Shown one piece after another: positions 1-7,786 of a DNA stretch of 18,263 nucleotides; the first letter of the stretch is position 1; each line of letters begins with the position of its first letter. The stretch comes from Candidatus Undinarchaeales archaeon (GTDB taxonomy: Archaea; SpSt-1190; JASMDC01): contig JASMDC010000058.1 of the NCBI GenBank assembly GCA_030753015.1, forward strand, positions 1-18,263, written 5' to 3'. The translations under genes and the position numbers were made by a program. The notes under the pieces are model-generated. The model was given only the letters and a program-made list of their open reading frames with translations. It was not told the DNA's origin and searched no databases.

Positions 1-1809
1 CGCCATAAGACATAGAGCGATTAACATTGCGACCGGGATCGTGGGATCTATCACCTGCTCACCGTCGAAGTACGCCATCCAGTGGAGCAGGGCGTAATAT
101 GACGTGACCGGCCGGAGGTCGGTGTTCTCCCCCACATCGTCCGTAAGCGAGGAATCGATCAGGTCAAGACGGTCCTTTGTTAGATGCCAACCGATGTACT
201 CACGGCGTACGTACTGTGTAGGAATCCCCCGCTCTTCGACCAGCTGAGGGATGTCCCTGCGGAGGGGCCGGTCGCCTGCTACGAAGAAAGTGCGTCCTCC
301 GGGGATAGCTGTCACGTGATCGAACCGGGACGCAAGTGTGCGGTACACCGCTGAATTGAGCTGCCGTCGTTCCGCGCTCACGTAGTTCGCGATACCCTCC
401 ACACCGAGGGAGACCACTCCGCCCGGTCGTAGGATGCGGGCGACCTCGTCCATGAACTCCCGTGTATAGAAACGGTTGATCTGTGTTGTCGTCGGATCCG
501 GGAGGTCGATGATGACCACATCGTACCGCTCCGTCGTCTGCCGTACGTACAGCCGCCCGTCCATGGCGTGGACGTGGATGCGTTCATCATCGAGGTTGCG
601 TGTGAAGCGCTTACCTACCTCGATGATGAGGGGATCGAGCTCAACGTAGTCGATCCGTTCGACCCCATACTTCAATGCCTCCAGAGCGGTACCGGCCACA
701 CCTCCAGAGATGATGAGCACCTGCTCAGGGGCTGGGTGTTGGAGCATGGCGTAGTGCACCGTCTCCTCGCGAGAGACGTTGCTACCAGTGGTGAAGAGCG
801 GTGTCCCGCTCTCCCAGAATGTGAGCTGGTCACGCTCGCGTGTGACCACGAGCTTTCCGTAGGGTGACTCCTGTGCGAACACAAGGTCCGCCAATCCCTC
901 CTCGGGCCGGCTGGGATCCTGGAGGAAGCCCGCGAGCCGGGACGGCGAGCCGAGCACTGCACCCGCAGCCTCGGGTGTGCTGAAAAGGATACGTGTCGTG
1001 GCAAGCTCAATGTCGAGAACGAGGATCGCGATGACTGTCGCTACGGCGAAGGCCGCAAGAACCCGTCCGAGGTCCCTCCGTCCCGTGGAACGAGCGATGA
1101 CGACGGCAGCGACCATGTTCACGATGAAGATGACGGTAGTGATATGGAAGGGGCGGAGGATGTGGACGAGAAGGAATGAGAACAGCACACCACCCAGGAT
1201 GTCACCGATGTTGTCCATGAAGTAGACCTCACCGATGTCCTCGGCGCGCTCACCACGGGAGAGTATGAGACAGGCCAGGGTGAGAAGAAATCCCGAGATG
1301 ATGCAGTAAGGTGCGAGCAGTACCAATGCCGATCCCAGCACCTCGATGAATCCCACCATCCTGCCCTGCTGGAACACGACGTTGCGCAGGAGGCGGATTG
1401 TCAGGAGATGGAGGAACGGTAGCACAGCGACGGCAACCTGTGAGGCGATGAGGATGCGCATGTGGTCCTCGATTCTGTGGGCCCAGCGTCCTAGAGCGGC
1501 GCCCACTGCGTCGAGTAAGAGCCAAGATGCGAGGATGATACCGAACACGAGCTCGTTGCCGTGGAACACGCTCATGAACTCCCGCATGATCAGGAGCTGC
1601 GTGATGATGGACGAGACACCCAGTGCAGTGATTGAAAGGAAGACACGGGTCTTGAGCGGCGAGTCCAAGGAGAGCCAGTTCTGGACCCTCGATATAGTGT
1701 CCAGACCACTGTCATCGTCCAGGACATCCTGACGAGAATCCCGTTCCTTCAGGCTATCCTTCACTTCATCGGCCGTCTCACGCTCCTTTCCTCGCTTCCT
1801 ACGGCCCAT
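1..1809 (-). CDS. Membrane-fused spermidine-synthase-like (aminopropyltransferase/SAM-dependent) protein; runs off the left edge
   Basis: Hand translation of segments in one minus-strand frame: MGRRKRGK...SSIITQLLIMREFMSVFHGNELVFGIILASWLL (N-terminal TM block), then EETVHYAMLQHPAPEQVLIISGGVAGTALEALKYGVERIDYVELDP and DGRLYVRQTTERYDVVIIDLPDP...NRFYTREF (spermidine synthase fold). Missing from the ORF track, consistent with no stop inside the window. Alternative in-frame ATG at 1824. Confidence 0.88.
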   Translation of the reverse strand, partial: MGRRKRGKERETADEVKDSLKERDSRQDVLDDDSGLDTISRVQNWLSLDSPLKTRVFLSITALGVSSIITQLLIMREFMSVFHGNELVFGIILASWLLLDAVGAALGRWAHRIEDHMRILIASQVAVAVLPFLHLLTIRLLRNVVFQQGRMVGFIEVLGSALVLLAPYCIISGFLLTLACLILSRGERAEDIGEVYFMDNIGDILGGVLFSFLLVHILRPFHITTVIFIVNMVAAVVIARSTGRRDLGRVLAAFAVATVIAILVLDIELATTRILFSTPEAAGAVLGSPSRLAGFLQDPSRPEEGLADLVFAQESPYGKLVVTRERDQLTFWESGTPLFTTGSNVSREETVHYAMLQHPAPEQVLIISGGVAGTALEALKYGVERIDYVELDPLIIEVGKRFTRNLDDERIHVHAMDGRLYVRQTTERYDVVIIDLPDPTTTQINRFYTREFMDEVARILRPGGVVSLGVEGIANYVSAERRQLNSAVYRTLASRFDHVTAIPGGRTFFVAGDRPLRRDIPQLVEERGIPTQYVRREYIGWHLTKDRLDLIDSSLTDDVGENTDLRPVTSYYALLHWMAYFDGEQVIDPTIPVAMLIALCLMA

Positions 1810-1833
1810 ACGGTCGAACCTCATGCTGGTGAC

Positions 1834-1872
1834 TATTAAATCTGTTCGCGCCGCGGACGGTCGATATAAAAG
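1834..1872. promoter_or_regulatory. Back-to-back archaeal TATA boxes (divergent promoter)
   Basis: Minus-strand TTTAATA at 1834-1840 lies 25 bp before ATG 1809. Plus-strand TATAAAAA at 1865-1872 is followed by SD-like GAGGTGG (1901-1907) before ATG 1914. Confidence 0.6.
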
Positions 1873-1913
1873 GATTGCCCTTGCCGGTTTGAACGCTTGA
1901 GAGGTGGATTCAA

Positions 1914-2423
1914 ATGGACGCAATGGACTGTATTCTCACGCGACGGAGCATTCGCAAGTACACCGACGACATGATCCCGGACGACATCATCGATGAGCTG
2001 TTGAAGGCTGCGATGAGCGCACCTGCAGCAGGAAGTCAGGACCCCTGGCACTTCATCCTCATCAAGGACCGTGCAATCCTCGAGAAGGTGCCCGAGGTCC
2101 ACCCATACGCACGTATGGTACCCAAGGCATTCGCCGCCATCCTCGTGTGCTGGGACCCGACCATCGAGAAGCACAAGGGCTTCGGGGAACAGGACTGCTC
2201 GGCCGCCACCGAGAACATCCTCCTAGCAGCACAGGCCTGCGGACTGGGTGCCGTTTGGCTCGGATGCTACCCGCGCGAGGACAGGGTCAACGGTCTCCGG
2301 GGGCTTCTTGGAATCCCCGACCATGTTATCCCGTTTGCCCTCATCCCATTCGGCCGACCTGACGAGGAGAAGGGACCTGCTCTCAGGTGGAAGGAGGACC
2401 GTATCCATCGGAACGGATGGTGA
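1914..2423 (+). CDS. Nitroreductase family FMN-binding protein
   Basis: RRSIRKY, AAMSAPAAGSQDPWHF, QDCSAATENILLAAQACGLGAVWLG and ALIPFGRP motifs; 169 aa; SD present. Confidence 0.93.
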   Translation: MDAMDCILTRRSIRKYTDDMIPDDIIDELLKAAMSAPAAGSQDPWHFILIKDRAILEKVPEVHPYARMVPKAFAAILVCWDPTIEKHKGFGEQDCSAATENILLAAQACGLGAVWLGCYPREDRVNGLRGLLGIPDHVIPFALIPFGRPDEEKGPALRWKEDRIHRNGW

Positions 2424-2440
2424 GCGGATACCGACCACGT

Positions 2441-2454
2441 AGTAATTAATTACT
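2441..2454. promoter_or_regulatory. Perfect 14-bp palindrome AGTAATTAATTACT at the TATA position of the downstream gene
   Basis: Self-complementary; ends 28 bp upstream of ATG 2482. Confidence 0.5.
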
Positions 2455-2481
2455 TGAGTGACGACCTAATCCCCGTAGAGG

Positions 2482-5256
2482 ATGGTAGGTCGCTCGACTG
2501 CTCGGGGATGGCTCCTGCTCGTCGTAGCCATCATGCTCCTACTTGGTCCCGCGGTAGGTCTCCATTTCAAGCTCGCTGATGAGCGACATGACAGTCAAGG
2601 TAGCGAGTACATGATCCGCTTCCCCATTCCTCTCAAGAACACGAACGTCAGGATCGACAAGCTCGAGACCGTGCACCTGGATTTCCCCGATGACCTCGTA
2701 CAAGAATCGTCCATCCGTGTGATCGAGCGCCTGAACGATACTTTCTATGAGATCCCGTACCAAGTGGTCAAGCTCGGTGACACGTCAACGCTCTCCAAGT
2801 ACGACTCAGGCTTCGTTCGCGCCGTCGACCTGAAGTTCTTCCTCACGATCACCTCGGACAACAGCACGTCCTACTTCGTGCTCGTGTCACCCGAGCGGAC
2901 CCGGCGTGCAGATTACAGTGGGGGCCACGGTGAAATGATCAAAGGCGTCGCCCCGTACATTATCGTGAAGACTGACCATCTTGAGGGTACCTTCACCGAG
3001 AACGGTCTCATGCTCAGGGATGCTGACGGTACGATGCTATCTGATGGGGACAAGTTACAGGAGAGACGGACGGCTGTGTTCCTGAAGGACCTCCCCTCTC
3101 CGAACATAGTACTCAAACCGCGCCTCTCTGTCGAGCCAACAGAGCTTGGAGTGCGGGTGTACGGGACCATGGTCATGCTCGGGTTCCAGCACTCGGCCGA
3201 GTACATGTTCTACGACACGGCACCGGTCTATGAGCGGCTGGAGAAGTTCTCCATCCCCGTGGTCTCGGCCAATCTATGTTATATCGTCTTCAACAGCCTT
3301 GACGTTCTCAAACACAGATGGGACATAACTCTCTATCCCGAGAACAAGACCTTCCACTTGGACGGTGACAGTAACGATCCCCGGTTCCTCTCTGAGCATA
3401 CACAGGTCCAGCGGGGCCAGGCGATAGTCGCCTCGAGTGATGACGTATCTCTGGTGACGATAATCATCGATGTGCCCGAGTTCGAGATGCAAATGGGTTT
3501 CCTCGAGGGTAGTGCGAAGATGTCCATCCCGGGTCTTGGTATCAAGGACCTGGGTTCCATCCATTTCCCCGACACGATGTACCACGGGATGTACTTTACC
3601 AATATCCCCCCTGACTATCATATCACAAACCAGTGTGGGGACATCGCGGGAGTGAGCTCGTTACGCCATATCACATTCCTGATTGATGGTCCCGTGGATT
3701 GGGCCATGGTCGACGAACTGCGTTCGCTCTACCTCGGTACGGTCCTCGAACCGACCGCCTTGCTCAAGGCCGAGTACTACTGGAACGATGCTTGGCGGCA
3801 GGAACCGAGACCTTGTGGTTCGGCGTGCTCCTACGATGGGGAATGCGGGAGCCGTAAGTGTATCGGTGGCCTCTGTAGGCAACCGACCGAGTGCGTATTC
3901 GATGAAAAATGCTATCAGAGCGGAACTGAGTTGGAGAGTCGTATGTGTCTAGACGGCGAATGGCTCCCGATCCAGACAGGGTGCGGGCCCTGCGTGGTCA
4001 TGGCACAGTGCCAAGAAGGCCGGAGGTGCATCGATGGTATCTGCCGGGAGAACAGCACCGTGTGTGGTAAGCAAGGTCGATGCTTCTCCTCGGGCTCTGT
4101 CTACAAGGACGAGTACTGCGAGATGGGATTGTTCTTCAGACGGGCTGGTGGTGGTGCGGAGTGCGATCAGGATTACGAGTGCGAGACCGGTTTTGCATGC
4201 GAGGACGGGCACTGCATCAAGCGCGATGGTATGACTTGTACTGATGATAGCGAGTGCAAGAGCAGGCACTGCTCTCGTGGGATCTGTTGCGTTCAGGGTC
4301 GGCAGTGCTGCCGGGAAGATGACCAGTGCAAACCGCCAACGCGCTGCAATCCCACCACGTTCTACTGCGAGGTGCTCTGCGGTAACGCGGTATGTGATCC
4401 GGACGAGTGCAGTGAGTGTCCGAGCGACTGCTCACTAGAGCAGTGTGCTGACGACCGGTACTGCTCACCCGAGGTGGGGGAGACCTGCGACACCACGACT
4501 TACTGCGAGTGCACGGCCAAGGTGCGGGGATTGTTCGACTCGTCCGAGGAGTACCGGTTCGGCGACATGGTGTTCGTTGAGGCAGAGGTACAGAACTTAG
4601 GTGATGCTCCTGGTACCTACGACGTTGCTTTCACCGTTAACGAACTGAACGTCCTCGAGACCCGGAAGGGCGTACAGATCGGTAAGAACAGCCTTGTTGT
4701 GCTGCCCTTCAACTTCACGGCCCTTGCTCCTTTCGAGACCGTGCATGTTGGCTTTACCGTGTTCTACGGATCGGGGCGCAAGCGACCTGAGCACAGCGAG
4801 ACCGTTACCGTCACCCTCAGGGAGCGCAGGTTCTACGAGACCACCTACTTCGAGTACCTATTTGGCTTCAAGGAGGCCTTCGAGATCGTGGTGGCTATCG
4901 TGACGGTGTTCGGCCTCTTCATGGGATACCGCTCATGGGTGGAGCGCAGTCAAACCGCCCAGCCTGCCGTCGTCTACTACTACTATCCACCTCCCTATGA
5001 GAGTTATTACGGGCAGTATGGCTATTCCTATCCACAGGACGCCTATCCGGCGGGATACACTGAACAAGGCGAGAGCGTGAGCAGCGAGGAGGCGTCCCAA
5101 CCGGTCGAAGCAGCATCTGAAGCTCCCGCAGAGGAGCCTGTTGCCTATGTACAGGAGCAGCCCGTGTACCAGGAGGACGTCCCGACCGAAGCCACGGCCG
5201 AGAGTGATAAGGTGGAACATCAACCCGGTACCGACGGTGTCCAGCCCAACGAGTAA
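2482..5256 (+). CDS. Membrane-anchored cell-surface protein: signal peptide, DUF2341-like N-domain, Cys-rich repeat stalk, CARDB/Ig-like domain, TM helix, Tyr/Pro-rich acidic tail
   Basis: Hydrophobic N-terminus WLLLVVAIMLLLGPAVG; RFPIPL..SSIRVIE..EIPYQV pattern; 40 Cys in aa ~445-677; VFVEAEVQNLGDAPGTYDV (CARDB-like); TM EIVVAIVTVFGLFMGY. Domain names are recognised by pattern only. Confidence 0.8.
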   Translation: MVGRSTARGWLLLVVAIMLLLGPAVGLHFKLADERHDSQGSEYMIRFPIPLKNTNVRIDKLETVHLDFPDDLVQESSIRVIERLNDTFYEIPYQVVKLGDTSTLSKYDSGFVRAVDLKFFLTITSDNSTSYFVLVSPERTRRADYSGGHGEMIKGVAPYIIVKTDHLEGTFTENGLMLRDADGTMLSDGDKLQERRTAVFLKDLPSPNIVLKPRLSVEPTELGVRVYGTMVMLGFQHSAEYMFYDTAPVYERLEKFSIPVVSANLCYIVFNSLDVLKHRWDITLYPENKTFHLDGDSNDPRFLSEHTQVQRGQAIVASSDDVSLVTIIIDVPEFEMQMGFLEGSAKMSIPGLGIKDLGSIHFPDTMYHGMYFTNIPPDYHITNQCGDIAGVSSLRHITFLIDGPVDWAMVDELRSLYLGTVLEPTALLKAEYYWNDAWRQEPRPCGSACSYDGECGSRKCIGGLCRQPTECVFDEKCYQSGTELESRMCLDGEWLPIQTGCGPCVVMAQCQEGRRCIDGICRENSTVCGKQGRCFSSGSVYKDEYCEMGLFFRRAGGGAECDQDYECETGFACEDGHCIKRDGMTCTDDSECKSRHCSRGICCVQGRQCCREDDQCKPPTRCNPTTFYCEVLCGNAVCDPDECSECPSDCSLEQCADDRYCSPEVGETCDTTTYCECTAKVRGLFDSSEEYRFGDMVFVEAEVQNLGDAPGTYDVAFTVNELNVLETRKGVQIGKNSLVVLPFNFTALAPFETVHVGFTVFYGSGRKRPEHSETVTVTLRERRFYETTYFEYLFGFKEAFEIVVAIVTVFGLFMGYRSWVERSQTAQPAVVYYYYPPPYESYYGQYGYSYPQDAYPAGYTEQGESVSSEEASQPVEAASEAPAEEPVAYVQEQPVYQEDVPTEATAESDKVEHQPGTDGVQPNE
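3814..4512 (+). repeat. Protein-level Cys-rich repeats (Cx2DxECx4-5Cx2GxC units and CGNxxC-type units)
   Basis: CSYDGECGSRKCIGGLC, CVVMAQCQEGRRCIDGIC, CDQDYECETGFACEDGHC, CTDDSECKSRHCSRGIC, CGNAVCDPDECSECPSDC. Confidence 0.85.
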
Positions 5257-5328
5257 TCGAGATCAGTGAGCGCTGCTTATGGCATGCCGGAGCAATGCTC
5301 GGTCAATCCAGGGGGACGATTACCGATC

Positions 5329-5856
5329 TCAGTACAGTTCTTCGAGCAACTCAACGTCCAGCTCATCCTCAAGCACGGGGAGGTTGAGGTCGATTGTGTA
5401 CCTGTGCTCTTCCATGCGCTGAAGCCGACTGTCAATCTGGCCCTTCTTTGTGTTCTCGTCCTTCATGGCCCACGCGATGCCCATATCTATAGGACTCATG
5501 CCTATAGCGACGCCACCAGCAGCAATGCCTGCCGTTTGGACATCGCCGGTGGCCCAGTAGACCAGACCGAAAGTACCTGCGATGAACAAGCCCACGCCAG
5601 CCTGGATGTAGTGCAGGACCTTGGAACCGGACGTACCGTCCTTGTATCCATTCTGGATAATTGCATCCTTCTCCTCCATGAGCTCGTCCATGGCGGAGTA
5701 TAGCTCATCCTGTGAGACGGGTCCTTCGGTGTCGATGGAGAACTTGATGTACTCTGGCTCTTTCTGGTGATTGTAGCCGAAGAGCGAGTTCCACTCGGCG
5801 TCCTCGACCTCCAGATGACCTTCGTGATAAGAAGCGTGAAGTTCTATCTCGTACAT
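5329..5856 (-). CDS. Hypothetical acidic protein with a two-helix Gly/Ala-rich hydrophobic hairpin
   Basis: 175 aa; AGVGLFIAGTFGLVYWA and AGIAAGGVAIGMSPIDMGIAWA segments; TTTATATA at 5880-5887 (minus) 24 bp upstream supports the start. Confidence 0.7.
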   Translation of the reverse strand: MYEIELHASYHEGHLEVEDAEWNSLFGYNHQKEPEYIKFSIDTEGPVSQDELYSAMDELMEEKDAIIQNGYKDGTSGSKVLHYIQAGVGLFIAGTFGLVYWATGDVQTAGIAAGGVAIGMSPIDMGIAWAMKDENTKKGQIDSRLQRMEEHRYTIDLNLPVLEDELDVELLEELY

Positions 5857-6053
5857 GGGGATAAAGGCACGTCAAGTGGTATATAAATCCTCGTCTTACG
5901 CGAGGGATGTATCTCTAGGCGATCGGTGTAGCACAACCAGTACAGAACTTGGTACTACCGACGCGATAAGTGGAATTGCAGTTCGGCCAGGCGATAGTGC
6001 CGGCACGACCCACCGCAACGCTTATGTACCACCTGCATCCGCGGCTTACCGTA

Positions 6054-6827
6054 ATGATGGAGTTCTATTCTCCAAAGGAGTACGAACACGTACGCGACGT
6101 CCTCCTTCAGGAAACGCTCCGGAAGCGTCCTGACACGGATCCTGAGCTCACGGCCTATACTCCCACAGAGACGCTCGACCTCATGGAGAACAACGAGACC
6201 ATCGGCGCCTACTTCGAACATCTCGAGAGCTATCGGATCCCTGAGGTGAAGACCCTTGTAGGTATTCCCTGTGCTGCCGCTAAGCCATGGACCCGCGAGG
6301 AACAGGAGGGGCGAGCCTCACAGTACGGTGCGGTCTGGGAGGTCAAGGACGACGTCAAGGACGCCTACTTCGTCACGGTCTCGGAACCGCTGGGAATCGT
6401 CCCCGAGGACCACTGGGACCTCCAGGTCGACGGTATCGGCTCGGTTTTCTATGATGTCCCCGGCCTGTTCTCAGCACTCCCACAGTTCCGGTGCAGTCGT
6501 GAGGACTTCGAGAGGAAGTACGGTTTCGAGAAGAAGCGGATCCCCTTCGACCGCGACGACTACAAGCGGTGCGTTGAGATCCTCGGACATGAGATCGCCG
6601 TGTTCCTTTCGAACAACGCCGACCGGTACGAGCACGCCGAGTTCTTCGTGAAGAAGGGCTCGACACATGACGCCTTCATGAAGGAGGCGCTCACACAACT
6701 CGACGACGACGTGCGCGAGCGTGTACACGTCAACTACCTCCCCAAGGGCTATATCAAACCGGGTAATCCCGGTGGAAAAGCGTTCAAGGAGGAGCTGCTG
6801 GCCTTATCTTGGGACGAGGACGACTGA
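6054..6827 (+). CDS. Stand-alone DUF5591 / archaeosine synthase (ArcS) catalytic-domain-like protein
   Basis: GIPCAAAKPW, FVTVSEPLGIVPED and FYDVPG resemble the ArcS PCxxxKPY, SPLGxVP and YDxP motifs. Start uncertain (5970, 6024, 6054 or 6057); 6054 chosen from TTATGTA at 6022-6028. Confidence 0.65.
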   Translation: MMEFYSPKEYEHVRDVLLQETLRKRPDTDPELTAYTPTETLDLMENNETIGAYFEHLESYRIPEVKTLVGIPCAAAKPWTREEQEGRASQYGAVWEVKDDVKDAYFVTVSEPLGIVPEDHWDLQVDGIGSVFYDVPGLFSALPQFRCSREDFERKYGFEKKRIPFDRDDYKRCVEILGHEIAVFLSNNADRYEHAEFFVKKGSTHDAFMKEALTQLDDDVRERVHVNYLPKGYIKPGNPGGKAFKEELLALSWDEDD

Positions 6828-6842
6828 GGCGCAGATAGAACC

Positions 6843-7673
6843 TTACTGTTCCCCGTACTTCGCGATCCCTGTCTCAAGTGTGTCGAGCGAGAGGGGAAGG
6901 CTGGCTAGGAGATCGTCTGGTGACCTTCCGTCCTTGAAGGCGCTGTCAGCATACAAATAGCCCATACCGTACTCGGCCTTCCTGCTCATACCAAGGATGA
7001 TAAGATCGGTCTCCGAAAGGGTGATGCCATCCCGGGCCTTACCGACGATCATACCGTACACGCTATGGTTCTTCTGAGCCTTCTGGCGGTCGAGCTGATG
7101 GGCGTTCTGCACAGTCTCCGTGAAGTACTGGAGATCCTCTGGGGACGTCTCACCGGTCCCGACGAGGTACTCGAGCATTCCCTCTGACATCCGGTCTGCC
7201 ATTCCCTCGAGCAGGGCGAAGGTCGGATAGAGCTGGTAATCCTGGACGATACGTCCGTTCTCGTCGAGCCCTTCCCGAGATGCGTCGTACCGTGCGACGA
7301 TGTCGTTGGCGCTCGCTCCACGGTTGCGTTGGTAGGCGTGGACGAGCTCGTGCGCTACGAGGTTGCGGAACCGCGGTGATCGCGGCTCCAGGGACTCCTT
7401 GTCCATGAGGAGGACTGTGTGTGACGTGGGCTCATACATCCCCTCGGCCCGTGAGAATACCATGTAGGAGTTCTGGACGACCTCTACGCGCTCGTCCTCG
7501 GTGAGCTCACGTCCAAGGCGCGTGTGCTCCTCGTCGAGCATGTATCCTTTCAGAGCATCACGGTCCACGACATCGACCTTGGGTAGCTCTCCGAACGAGA
7601 TGTCGTACACGTTCTCGTACGCTGAGGCATATGTATCTATCAATCCCGCGGCATAGGGACCGATGTCGTCCAT
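6843..7673 (-). CDS. Zinc-dependent metallopeptidase-like protein (HExxH plus downstream Glu)
   Basis: AEGMYEP..TVLL, VAHELVHAYQ, ALLEGMAD, EYGMGY. Start moved from 7694 to ATG 7673 because ATTAAATA (7698-7705, minus) lies 25 bp upstream of 7673. Confidence 0.7.
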   Translation of the reverse strand: MDDIGPYAAGLIDTYASAYENVYDISFGELPKVDVVDRDALKGYMLDEEHTRLGRELTEDERVEVVQNSYMVFSRAEGMYEPTSHTVLLMDKESLEPRSPRFRNLVAHELVHAYQRNRGASANDIVARYDASREGLDENGRIVQDYQLYPTFALLEGMADRMSEGMLEYLVGTGETSPEDLQYFTETVQNAHQLDRQKAQKNHSVYGMIVGKARDGITLSETDLIILGMSRKAEYGMGYLYADSAFKDGRSPDDLLASLPLSLDTLETGIAKYGEQ

Positions 7674-7786
7674 CGAACGGGACGGCCCGAACATCCCTAT
7701 TTAATTGTTCCCCGGGGTCATTGAGCATCGGCCTCAACACAATCTTTATAAGGCGCCCCGGCACCTCGCCCCCACAGGTAAAACCC

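Noticed and set aside
378-1732. Several short ORFs on both strands
   Set aside because: Shadow or alternative frames of the spermidine-synthase-like gene.
3814-4512. Multiheme cytochrome or Fe-S cluster interpretation of the Cys-rich region
   Set aside because: No CxxCH or ferredoxin CxxCxxCxxxC motifs; the predicted extracellular location and Cys spacing fit disulfide repeats.
5915-6005. tRNA-like start (GGTGTAGCACAA) and weak hairpins between 5856 and 6054
   Set aside because: No D-loop GG, no GTTCRA T-loop and no closing acceptor stem could be built.
7631-7786. 52-aa N-terminal extension of adenine deaminase in the ORF track
   Set aside because: It overlaps the divergent gene and both TATA boxes; Ade similarity begins after ATG 7787.
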